A stretch of DNA of 64,000 bases from Tubulanus polymorphus (taxonomy: Eukaryota > Animalia > Nemertea): positions 18,758,150 to 18,822,149 of the forward strand of contig NC_134026.1 of the NCBI RefSeq assembly GCF_964204645.1, given 5' to 3'. Both the position numbers and the translations under genes were made by a program. Positions 37,595-49,788 of this stretch are shown one piece after another (within the stretch, counting starts at the first letter, position 1; the number at the start of each line of letters is the position of its first letter). The notes under the pieces were generated by a model. That model made no database searches and was not told where the DNA came from. It was given only the letters and a program-made list of their open reading frames with translations.

Positions 37595-40500
37595 ATGATG
37601 GTTACAAATTCTTTCCAATTAGTCACTTTAGGTGTCTTATTGTGGTTTAATGGTGAGTTAGATTCAGGAATGGACATTTAAATTTCACATAATAGCTATC
37701 AAAGGTATCCTGGAATAAGCTTCTTTGGTAATAGCTTGGAATAATAGCTTGTATAAGATTGTGTAAGTCTTTTTCGTATTTAAAGGGGAAAGTGGTTGAA
37801 TTGCATATTTGAATTATTTAACTTACCTAGCTTGATTGATGTGCTTGAATTCAAGCACACCAAAATAGTCCTTTTGGATCAGCAGGGGAAATTTTCACAG
37901 TAATAAGTATGACGTTATCCAAAAGAAATATGACTTGTTTGGAACTACTTTAATATTTTGTCTTCTTTCATCATTAAGTGAAATGACCAGAAATAAATCA
38001 ATTTTCTACGAGTTGATTAAGTAAATTTTTATTTTTTTCAGTGGTTAATGCAGCAACTTTGAAATTTTCAACTGGTTCTATTCTATTAGAAAGTGATCAA
38101 GTTAAGAACGTAACTCTTAAATTAAGGTTTGTAGACACAAACAATTTCTGATTAATGAAATGAATGACAGTGAAGTGGATATCATATTTGCTGTATTTGG
38201 TTTGACATACACAACAGGTTTTTCGATCAGCCAATTTTTACGCATTTGGTGGCCATCTTGGTCTCATCAGTTCCATATATACATGTGAAAAAGGTTTTGG
38301 AGGAAAATGTCAACTGCTTTTAACTTATAATTTTCTTCTCCCCGTATACAATTTTTCCATGTACCATAAGATAGTACGAAATGTACGATTAAGTCTGATA
38401 TCTTGAGTCAGACTCGGATAGAATATCTCTTTGTTACCGGTAATCATTAGGCCTATGTGTTGGTATAACATAGAAGAGACAAGTTACTTTATAGTGACTT
38501 GATTCATTTGCCAAGCGATTAGCTCGGCACTGTGGACTCTGAAACAAAGACAATGGTAGTAGCCCACAATGTTTTGATAATTGTGCGCAGACTGAACATA
38601 CAATTCAAATTCAATGTGCTTAGAGCAGAGAACAAAATAACAGGTGTCAGTCATCCTGTTTGACCTTCCATTGCAGATGATTTGGCTGTAGCACAGGTGG
38701 GTTTGACATTTTTGCCCGTAGATTCGTGCGCGATGCTCACACACGTCGTTTGAATAGGATTTTTGTCATGTTATACGTAAATTGATAATTCTAAGATAAA
38801 AATCTTCTATTTATTCCTAAACAATTAAAATATTTGGTATTTACCACATTTAAGAGTGCATTTCTGCGTAACTTCTCATACGAAAAAGAGCAAATTTTTT
38901 CGAATAGGCCTACCTCTAACTCAGAATACTTGCCGTAAGCGGATCAAAAATGGCGGTCCCAAGTGATCCCACTTATGCGTACTCTACTATACTAAAACGG
39001 TACTTCCAGTATATTGGTTCCTATACATATACGGAATAAATTGCAAAATTGTAGCATTTCACTAAGTGGGCATGGTATTCCTAGACCCCTTGTTCATCCC
39101 TCGATCAGTTCTGGAAGCAATCGAGTGGCATTTGTATCATATCTGTAAAACGCTCTGAGCTACCAGGCTGAAGCAAGGGCTTTATAAACATCAACATGAT
39201 TATTTTCAAATATTTTCCCCTGTTGGAGAATTGCTGTCCCTGGATCCACCCTTTGTGGGCAGATCTGCACAAGATATGGATATCTTAACATGATGATATT
39301 CAGTTTAATAGAAATGATTTTTGTTTTTCAGTGGAACGCTACCCGAACCAGCAGAGGTGGTATTCACTTATCAAGAGGGGGATAAACCCTTGTTTCATCA
39401 AGCAAAGCAGATAATCGAACCACTCCATAATCTCACAATACTAGCAAATGAAACATATCAAGAAACGGTATCAATACGGCCGGTAGGTGCTGGTAATTTG
39501 ATCATTGGTATCAATTCTACATCGAAACATTTACAAAAGTAAGTTTAGTTTTTACCAGGTCAGGGTCCAGTTTCATGTAAAAGTTTAAACTTAAAATGGT
39601 TATCTGTAAGTTTGAATTGTTGGCCTCAATGAAAACATACAGTAATCAATAGCAATAAAATCAAGGCTTTAAGTTTTTAAGTTTTTCGTGAATCTGGGCC
39701 CAGATTGATGGTTAGTGAATAATGAATTCTTAATCTGGATAAAATTGATTTCAATTTTGATCAAATCCAGACCTGATTGACAGTCTATTGGCCATTCATG
39801 CCTCAAACATTTTGCGAATATTCTCTATATTTTCAGATTAAATGAATCAATTGTACGAATCGAAATAGTCCACAGTCAACCATTGACGGTAGTGATAGCT
39901 ATTGTCGGCTGGATATATTTTGCAGCTTGGTCTATTTCATTTTATCCTCAAGTGTTCCTTAACTGGCGCAGAAAAAGGTTAGCAGATCGAGTCATAGAAT
40001 ATGTAGGCCTATGTTAGTTCCAGGGACGAAAATTCCTTCAAATCTGGTGTAGGCTTAGTCTGAGGCGCCTTTGTTTAGAGCTAACTGATTACTTGATTTA
40101 TTGAAAAATCGAATTTGTTTAGAACTACCTACTTCCTCACACAAGTTTTCAGTCATAATCAATATGGCAAACACAGAAAGTAGCTGTAAAAAGTCATCAT
40201 ACTAACCTGAAATTGCATACAAGCCGGGTTTCAAAATGGGTTTAAGTGAAATATAAGCCTCTGGTTTTAGATCTTTTGTCGTTTTTATGTTGAAATACAT
40301 TCAGAATCTTGTTCCTTCTAGTGGGGGATTTTCTTAATTTATCCACCATTGTACTGGCTGAATCAGAATGTCCCATTAACCTGCACATGCAACTTTTGTA
40401 TCATGGAAACGCAAAAAATTTCTGTATATGTTGGAAAGTGACTCGTGAAGCAAGAAATATTTTTTGAAACAAGAAACAGAAATCTTTTTGGCTTATTGAC

Positions 40501-43500
40501 TGCATATTGCTCTAAAACGACAACGGAAACATCGCCATCACAGTGCCATTACCAACATGTTGGCCATCCTCCCCCGGTAGGGATTCGAGGTAGGGTATCG
40601 AGAGTGCCACGGTACGAAACCCTGCCACACTAGACCAAATGCGCAGCTTAGATGATGGCATTATCAGCCAATCAGTTATCCCTTTTTATTTTAACCCAGG
40701 TTTTCCCATTTGTAATTATTCCGTGAAATTTACCTCGGCGGTTATACATATGTATATGCATATGTATCTTTTTTTTTACAATTGCAGTGTTGAAGGCCTC
40801 AACTTTGATTTTTTGGCGTATAACTTGACGGGCTTCTTGGCATACGGTGTGTACAATGTTGGAATGTACTGGATTCCACTCATATTTGTAAGCGATTTCT
40901 TTCATACGACTGAATTGCATAATTCATATGTAATTTTCCTGAATATAGCAGTATGGCAAAAGGAAGAACTCGACTTTGGTGCGAATACAAAAATTAAAAA
41001 ACATTATATTGTTATTTAGAAAAAATCCATGAAAGAATTATAAGAATTTCATGAGCACTAATGTGCCTGAGTATAGGTCATGTGGCCCCGAGAAAAGATG
41101 AAAATGGTATAATAGTGTTATGTCATCCTTTTATTATTCAATTTAGTACACTTCGCATTTTGATAATTCTAAATACGAATGCCAGGTAATTAAATGCAGC
41201 AAAAATGTATTTTTCAATTGTAGAGCCAATATAAATTGCAGCATCCTCATGGTGTGAATCCTGTTCAGTTAAATGATGTAATCTTTGCGTTACATGCAGT
41301 ATTATTAACGCTCATCACTATTTTCCAATGCTTTATCTATGAGGTAAGTCGTATCATAGCCTAATACTTTAGGGCCGTGAGCTGAGCCACATTCATCATA
41401 CAGTCAACATTCAAATTCTAAGCCCCTGACTGGAACTGACTGGGCTCCTCGGTTTGGCCTTGTACAATCAAATCCACTTAATAATCCAGATCAGTTTAAT
41501 CCGCATTTTGATGTTATCCGCATATTATTCAGCGTCCACCTATATAAATGTATATTTAATGTAACCATGTCCCCACATGACCATAGGTCTAAACACTTCT
41601 GATAAGTTGCAATTTCTTTAAAACTTGGTAGGTGTAATGGGGTAGGTCCACTGATAACGCCTATTCAGAATCAAGTTTCTTCTCCCAATGTGGCCACAAT
41701 GGTGGAGGACATCATGAATTTCTTGTAAGGTGGCACATAGGTGGAGGGAAATAAAATTCACCTTTCAGCTGTCCTAACACTAAAATGGTAAATATTTAAG
41801 TCACCTGGATGACATTCTGTCATTCCACATAATCCTATCCTATTTTATGGTTATTATTAATGTAAATCTTTATTAACAACAACCTTCACATTTTCGTGGA
41901 CTTCAATTTAAAGCATTACCAGTAATCTACTTACGCATTCAAGCCCTGTTATAATTGATTGATTCATAAACTTAATTTAGTTTTACTTGTCAAAAATGCT
42001 AGTTTCTGTATCATTCTGAATCATCACTAGCAAACAAACCCGTTGGAACCACGTGTATGTTCTTTAGCCCAGAAGTTTTTGATTCATTGACCAAGAATTT
42101 AGCTGAAGCATTTTAGAATGTATAGATATGTGGTATGTGATCTATCATCCCCTTGGAGACCATGTGTGAACTTGGGTGACCTGTACCATGAAGACTGAGT
42201 ACTTAACTCTTTCAGTGCCCACTTTCGTCGACAGATTATTTCAAGTCGTAGAGTGCCCTGTCGACTTTTGTCGACATTTCTTATAGCAGTTTTATTTTTA
42301 GTTTTCTGTATAGAATTCAGTAGAGAAACCTGCCGCTAGATGGCTTGATTAAATGGCAGCACCCATTAGTTTGTTCTTATGCTGCGTTTTTGAAAGTAGC
42401 GGGTACCTATCCGGAGGTCACATGATAATTATAAGCTCATTTTCTAATTATAATTACCCATATTATTTATATTTCTGACAGTAGACATAAACTATTCCAA
42501 TGTCAGCCATTAGCTGAGGCTAGATACCCGATTTGTTCATTTCCATACCAGAAATTTAGGGGGTTATCAAATAAGTAGGTCACTGACTATAATTTATGCA
42601 AATTAGCTCATTTCCATAAGTGAATTTCCATAAATGAATTTTCATTCATGAAGAAAAATGAACACCAAAATTTTCGAGGGTCATACCATACAAAGTTTTT
42701 AATTACCATTAACCTCTATCACTTACAGTTTTCACTGTATGGAGCTCAAAAGTTGCTACTGATTTTCCTACTTTTTAGGTTACAATGATGGGCACTCCGA
42801 GGGTTTTTGACGAACCGTAGGTTTGCCTATGCAAACGGTCTGGTGAAGCAGTTTTCATTGAAAATGAATAGAGTACCGGTGTGTCAACAAGGCACAAACA
42901 TTGGCTGTTGAACCAATAGTGTTGATTTTTGGTGTCATGGTTTGGCTTAGTGAGTTCTTGAGCCTACAGATATTTCATAGTGATCGAGTTATTTTTAGGG
43001 GACACATTCTTGAAAAACACGTAAAAATCCTGCTTTTTAGCACTAAGTTTTACATATGACAATTTGCATACTTGGAATTGAAATATATAAAAATTCAATC
43101 CTTCCTGGAAGTGTGGCCATTTTTTGTGCGACTCATCTCGATGTACTTTTCAACCTACAGGCCCTCACTTTATAAACCCCCTAAATTTTCTTGCTTCTAT
43201 TTATCTGAGTTGACCTTGATACCTGAGCTACAATGAATGTGATTGGCTGCTTGTGGGATATAAGGGAAATTCCGGGAATTTCGGCGCTTCTGATGTAATT
43301 GGGAAAGCCCATTGGGAAAGCCCCATGTGGAACTCGCTAAAGCAAAATGGCGAGCATTTCATTCGACTAGGTATCGTATGTTGGCTTATAATTTGTTTGG
43401 TGTTACGAATATAGCCGAGTAGGCTATTCAATTCAGTATCCAAACTAGCAAATATGATGATACCAATAGAGTTTTGGCTTAGATTTGTCTTGTCAATGCC

Positions 43501-46326
43501 TTAAAGACCTGCTAACCCGTACGGTTTAACCGCGGCCGTCGGTCGGCTTTTTTTGTGAACCGTGTTACTGCTCTAACTACTCTATTCAATTTTAGTACGT
43601 TCTTAGGTAGAATTGTGAGCGGTGATGAATTAATAGACTAAATAGCCTGTAGACAATAGCGGGCAATGGAATGCTCTCAGCTTTTCATCTAATCAACGGT
43701 CAGTTTTTCAACACTGATTTAGAGGTGGGAGCTAGTCAACACACATACACCTTTTACATGTATATCGCTATCATACTATGGAAATCCGTGCGAAGCGATC
43801 AATAGTCATGTACAGCATAGTTATCACACGAATGCTATTAAAAAACAAACACAAGAGACTGGGAAACTTGCGCCGCGTGCGTATTTTAATTCAAGGATAA
43901 AAAAATATGGAAATTGATATACATGTAGTATGATAATAACTTATATGTATTAATCGTGTAATAAGGGGCTAAGAATTAATGAAGTTATCAGATTTAGAAT
44001 AAAAGATTGTTGTTTGTTCGGGGACTGCATCGTCAGTTGATGGTTTTAATTCGGTAATTCTACATTCCATTGCAATCCAAATTAATTCATAGTTAGTAAA
44101 GTATTTTTGACAATATACACTCACTTTTTTAATGGTGAGCCACAGGGCCATTGGACCTTTATTCTCAAATTACACATGGGCACTGAAAGAGTTAATCCGC
44201 TGAAGATGTCCTGTGCCTGGGCTTCTGGTAACAGAATTACTATAGGACATAAACAAGAATTTGAAAAAAATATATTCTCATCTGATCCACTGCGTGTTAA
44301 TCATGCACTGTACCAACTGAACCACTGTTACTCAACTGTATATTCATTGCTATAATGTTATAAGTCACTATTGCCCCATATGTTTTTGGGGGCCACGTAA
44401 TTGTTTTACCAGTTTTACGCGGATTGCTGTCAGCATGCAAAAAACTACAAAGGGTACATAAAGAAACTGCTAAGTTAAATCTTGGAGTAATCATTCAATG
44501 ATTACTGCAAGGTTAACAATGATTACTGCAAGGTTAAATTGGCTTGTAACCATTCTTAATACCGGTACATGTAATATAGATTTACTATTTATTTGATTAT
44601 TACAGAGACATGGTCAGCGTGTATCCCGAATATCTACTGTTCTAGTATGCTGTATGTGGTTGACTATAATCATTGGACTAATTTTGTCATTAACAAATGA
44701 AATTAAGTGGCTGACATTTCTGATGATAAGCTCCTATGTAAAGCTAGCTGTTACCCTGATTAAATACATACCACAGGTGATAGAAATGAAATCGCGATAA
44801 TTTGAGACCCGTAAAATCCATCAGTAATCTGTATATGATGAAATAATTTTCATGTTTTTCAGGCTTACATGAACTACAAACGAAAAAGTACAATAGGCTG
44901 GAGTATAGGAAATGTGTTATTAGATTGTACAGGCGGGTCTTTGAGCATTTTACAAATGTTTCTTCTTTCTTATAATAATAGTAAGTTTTTTTTGGCTAAT
45001 CTTTATTGATGGCTAAAATGAGTGTCTGATACATGTTCAGAAATGGGGATGTTATAAGAAAAATGTATCTGTCATTTTATGGTACTTGTATAGGGAAAAG
45101 ATTTGAGTCGATAAGAAATCTGCTGAGCTGTAATACTGGGTCCCTATGACTCCTTGTTTCCTTAAAAACTCCTAAACAGAAAATGATTTTCAAGGTGTTT
45201 GAAACTCCTTTATTTCAATCAAAATAACCTAAACAATTTAAAAACTCCTTCAATTCTGAGAAATAGGTAATTAGAAATGTTTGTACATGTTTACGCCCCA
45301 AATTGGTGCAGTTGGGACATGCATACAGAAAAACCAAACACTCAATAAAAATGCAGTTTATGAAACACTGCTGCCCCTCTAGCTCTTATTCTGAGGTGAT
45401 ATGGATTATGATCCACCGCCCTACCCTTAATGAGAATGGCTGTCGATATCAGCTCCCCCATGTTTGGGACGCTTAACTTATGCATAGTGCAATGATGTAT
45501 ATTCATAGATATGAATTGAAAATTCTTGTGAGTGTTCTCAAAAAAATGTTTAATATTCCATGCCTAACGTTACTTCTTCATCATGAATCATGAAGTAAAC
45601 TATTTACGCAAATAGAATGATGCGACGGTGTAAGGCTGAAACTCGAGTTGAAAATCTAGTACTATTATCTTGGTACATGTTTTCGAATGACACTTCCGAA
45701 AGAAAATTCTGTCAGATTTATCTAAGCCTGCAGGGGGTTTGAAGGGTTCATTGGAACAGTATTTTTGATGCTAAAATCTTTTTGAATGTTATCTTTTATT
45801 GAATAATCAAGTAACATGGTATTTCAATGTATATTGGTAAATATGCATGTTTTGTAACCACAGTTAATTGCCGAAAACATTGTTGAATGATGATGACACG
45901 CTCTATAATTACAGTGAATTCAAAGTCATCAATTTCTTTCTATATATGTTCACCAGGGGGCTTTGAATATCAAAATTTGCTGCTTGTCAAGTATTTCACC
46001 TGGGCATGGTGTCCCTGGATCCCTAGTTTCAACAATCCACCCAAAATTTTTAGCTTGGGATGCCGTGATACATAATGAAGTGCCACTTTAACTTGAACTA
46101 TCATTTATCGGTGTCTGCTCTATTTTCAGATGATTGGGGTTCAATATTCGGAGACCCAACAAAGTTTGGATTAGGTCTATTCAGTATCTTGTTTGACATT
46201 CTATTCATGGTTCAGCATTATGTGTTGTATCGCAATCATCAACCGATAACACATGCATCGGATGATGAAGAAACTAGACTTTTGGACGACGATGAAGGCA
46301 GAGATAGATGTGTAAACAAAGTTTAG
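37595..46326 (+). CDS. CTNS: Cystinosin (lysosomal cystine/H+ symporter), canonical-like paralog A, ~398 aa
   Basis: Exons 37595-37652, 38042-38126, 39332-39538, 39837-39977, 40788-40887, 41224-41343, 44606-44776, 44863-44980, 46130-46326. Signal peptide, luminal domain with sequons, PQ loop 1 [35 protein letters not shown] loop 2 [33 protein letters not shown], and GDPTKFGLG. Confidence 0.95.
40563..40750. mobile_element. Truncated copy of the 28116-28463 MITE family
   Basis: GCCATCCTCCCCCGGTAGGGATTCGA...CCCTGCCACACTAGACC...TTAGATGATG...CCAATCAG. Confidence 0.7.
42207..44191. mobile_element. ~2-kb non-autonomous piggyBac-like element in CTNS-A intron 6
   Basis: TTAA|CTCTTTCAGTGCCCA ... TGGGCACTGAAAGAG|TTAA: perfect 15-bp TIR and TTAA TSD; no transposase ORF. 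Confidence 0.85.
45393..45476 (+). mobile_element. Penelope-like element fragment (C-terminal end of GIY-YIG endonuclease)
   Basis: Translates to [27 protein letters not shown], matching the typical E.I.I...P.LNRD.G.Y.LP..W end of this domain. Confidence 0.6.
45870..46029 (+). mobile_element. 3' fragment of the HINE family in CTNS-A intron 8
   Basis: One internal unit with TCACCAGGGGGC and the 3' end TGGGCATGGTGTCCCTGGATCCCTAGTTT. Another 3' end lies at ~39063-39094. Confidence 0.7.
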
Positions 46327-47196
46327 AATGTTTCTAACAATCCACCACTGTCACTTCAAAATTGTAATGAGAATTAAGACATTCGTTACCAATTGCTAAT
46401 CTTTGAATTTGCTCTCCTTGCCAATGCCCAATTGATACGTTTTTCAAATTAAATAGCTACCGTACCGTAAGCTTGATGAACCCATAAATCATATTTTGTC
46501 TCTGTGGGCTCTAGCCACTGCCAGATCTCCCTGGATGCTTGGAATTAACGTCGTATATCTATGACATTATAATGGGGCACCGGCAACGCTACTGTGGCAA
46601 GCGGAATTCTGCCATAATCCGCCAGGTTCGCTAGTGTACAATACGACGTCGACGCTGGATTTCTTCTCAAACTCAATTAAAATCTAACAATATTTTCTCA
46701 AATTCTATGCATGATATATGAAAATCGTAGCACGTATGTACTCTAAAGACTAATCAGAGTTTATTTCGATGTGTGATTATCCCAATCTTTTGAGATCAAA
46801 GTTACTTGAAAATGAACTAATTTTGATCGAGTGCGTCTGATATCTCAGAGGCGCCATCTGACGGGATAGCTGGTGTGCCGGTTCCCCATTCATACTGGCA
46901 AAAAGTGGTACACACGCTATGACTGGCAGTGAATGTGTCAAAAACCCACAATCAGAAGAAAATAACAGCAGCCAGAACATTAAAATGGTTTGGATAGAAA
47001 ACTTCTGATTTTTGAAATCTGGCAATCGGAATGAGACAGTTCCGCATAAGTTGGTAGCGTGAAAAACCTCTGCTTTATCCTCAACGCTGATTGGTCAATT
47101 TCGTCTGAACAATGGTTGACTATGTAATAGCTCTATTCCGAACTACACGATAACTCGTAGCAGAAAAATCACTACATATTTTTACACCTCAGCAGA

Positions 47197-47445
47197 AGTG
47201 ATCATGTGATAATGTTAACTATGATTTGATGATAATTTCAATGATGACTAACGTTGATTCATAAAGTGTGAATTGAATAATAAGTGTGAATTTAATCAAT
47301 TAGACTTGGGCTGAAAAATTGATAATGCAGTAGTGATCATGTGATAATGTTAACTATGATTTGATGATAATTTCAATAATGACTAATGTTGATTCATAAA
47401 GTGTGAATTGAACAAGTGTGACTTGGGCTGAAAAAATGATAACTC
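47197..47445. repeat. Tandem duplication, period ~135 bp, 2 copies
   Basis: AGTGATCATGTGATAATGTTAACTATGATTTGATGATAATTTCAAT...GACTTGGGCTGAAAAA at 47197 and 47332; the second copy has internal deletions. Confidence 0.9.
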
Positions 47446-47470
47446 ATTTCTCATTTCTGCTGCACTTTAA

Positions 47471-47820
47471 GGCTGGCTTATATCGACAAGCGACTCCTAC
47501 CGACTTCTACCGACGCAACTGAGAGCAACCGCCATCGCAGTCCAGCTTATGTCCACTGCGCTCCAATTCCCAGCAACTGAGGCCAACTAGCGTCGGTTGT
47601 GATCAAAAGCAACTGTCCGCCTACCGTAGGCGGACAGTTGGACAGGCGGACTAAACGGCTTGCAACGAGTCGGTAGGCGTCAGGTTGCCGTTGCAAGCTG
47701 GCTTATGTCGAACCGATTGCGCAGCAATTGGCAGCCTCTCGTAGGCCACTGGTTTCCAATAATCGGTGAATAACCCAGTTGCGTCGGTAGGCGTTGAGTC
47801 GCTTGTCGACATAACCAGCC
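47471..47820. mobile_element. PIF/Harbinger (Tourist-like) GC-rich MITE
   Basis: TAA|GGCTGGCTTATATCGACAAGCGACTC ... GAGTCGCTTGTCGACATAACCAGCC|TTA; central palindrome CAACTGTCCGCCTAC-C-GTAGGCGGACAGTTG. Confidence 0.8.
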
Positions 47821-48311
47821 TTAGAATTAATGTCCATTATTGTCTAACAAAAGCAAATATAACCTGTTTTTGAGTTGTAAACATATTTGGTCAGGCTGTA
47901 CATATACATACCTGTCTGTGCATACATGTGCATTTGTACATTAGAAACGTGTCTGGACATGTAGTGGTACATCATTTTTTATGTCTGCTTAATCGAAACA
48001 TACATATATTCTGCCTCTCTTCCTGTTATGTGTTCTTTGAACAGATTCTCGATTGTTACAAGTGATGATTGACAACCTCGCAATGAGCGTCTTCCCTTCC
48101 TTTCGTTGATTTACAAAAGATAAATCAAATACCACTATGGTAATTTTATCTATTATTCATAGAATCAAAAAATATTTTAATTATGTAATTCAGTTAAGGC
48201 GAAGTAATTTTGACTTCATTTAATTGTACTGTTCTTTATAAATGCACGTGTACAGATCGGGTAAATGGCAATTTTAGTCTTTAACTCTCAAAATAGGAAT
48301 TATTTAGTTAA

Positions 48312-48625
48312 CCTTTCATTGCTGACTAATTGATACCCGAAAGTGCTGGAGATAATTTGAAAATCCTTCCACCCCAGTGCATTGAATAACAGGGATACCG
48401 ATTTAGTGCGTCTTCAATGTGGCGCAGTGTATTGTTAGTTACATCTACGAGCAATTATCTAGTTAGATAATTGCTCGTAGGTTACATATTTCACTGTTTG
48501 ACAGTTGCTGCCATATTTCCATAGAGATAAAAACTAATAATTACATCAATTCACCGTGATGCTTTGTACTAGCGAAGTCATCACCGATTTATACACCGCA
48601 CTGTGGTGTAGACGCACTGAAAGGG
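48312..48625. mobile_element. Small piggyBac-like MITE with an internal 17-bp-arm palindrome
   Basis: TTAA|CCTTTCATTGC ... GCACTGAAAGGG|TTAA; CTACGAGCAATTATCTA-GT-TAGATAATTGCTCGTAG at 48445-48480. Confidence 0.6.
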
Positions 48626-49114
48626 TTAACATAATGATTATTATTATCATTTATTATAAATATTTACAATAGATTGTTAATGCTTAAACGGTACTAATGT
48701 TATATTTTGTACTTTTTTATGTAGGTTTGATTTTTGGAAGACGAGAGCTGAATTTCCATTAAGGATAGCAGCAATTCCTAGACTGTTCGTAATGTATTCC
48801 AGTTTGAAGTGCGTCTCACCCGACAGAAATATGAAAAAGTTAAGAAAAATGCCTTTGTTATGTCGGAAAAGATTCATATAGTCAAACAGCAAAATAGGTC
48901 CCAGAAAATAATTGTCTAAAATTTTTCCAATTGATCTTGGAGAATATGATGTTCATAACATTTCATTAAATTTGAATGTTTCTAATCAAGTGTGATGTAC
49001 ACGTATGTTTTTATTTTTTTATTGTGTGCAGAGCAATTTTACTTCATACTTCAAACTTCATACATCTGTTAATTTATGCATACATTTATTTATACATTGA
49101 TTAATACATTGTTA

Positions 49115-49160
49115 AATAAACAAGAAAAACTTCTAGTCTAGTGTCTTTGTGTTTGTTGTT
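49115..49160 (+). terminator. Probable CTNS-A polyadenylation site
   Basis: AATAAA at 49115-49120 followed ~20 nt later by a GT-rich element GTGTCTTTGTGTTTGTTGTT. Confidence 0.55.
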
Positions 49161-49788
49161 CAGGTGAAAATCCTAAATATTTTAGAATTTTCTTTTTTAA
49201 TCTTTGATAATAAGGAATTGACGGTTTGAGGAATTTCGAGGGAACTGTTTAAGTATAGTTGAATTTATTGTGACAGTTCTTTTGGAAAATTAGACATTTG
49301 GACACGACTACATGCAGAAATTGATTGAACACATATCACCAGTAATCGCCTAGAGTCTAAAAAGTCCTAAGGACATCGTTATGATGAAGGAAATAAATTT
49401 CATTCACAGATCTCTTTGCAACAAACATCAGGGCAGTTACACTGACATGACTTGGGGGAAGGACCTGTCTAAGATCATCTATGTACTGTAGCCAATCTTA
49501 CTACTTAAGACAGTCTGAAGAGTTAAGATGAATTATGGACAAGTTGAGACTGCAACTGGGCCCTGAGCTGTGGTGGAAAAACTACTAATGGGCCTGTGAC
49601 GCATAAAAACAAATGATTTACCCATTGATAAGCTTTTAAATCGTGATCTCAATCCATAAGAATCTAAAGGTAGTGCATCTGATTTCCTCTTTTCTAGGAA
49701 TGCGAGTCTTCGAAGTTAAGTATCTACAATGAAATGGGACATCAAGGAAAAATTTGTAGAATGACAAATTTTTGAGTCCTACTCAAGG

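Noticed and set aside
44497-44538. 21-bp direct duplication (a similar ~31-bp one lies at ~14084-14143)
   Set aside because: Ordinary intronic slippage duplications with no sign of function.
47236-47320. Box C/D snoRNA-like layout (ATGATGA...CTGA with a short terminal stem) in the 135-bp duplication
   Set aside because: Not intronic, very AT-rich, this C box is mutated in the second copy, and I could not identify a convincing rRNA-complementary guide of 10 nt or more.
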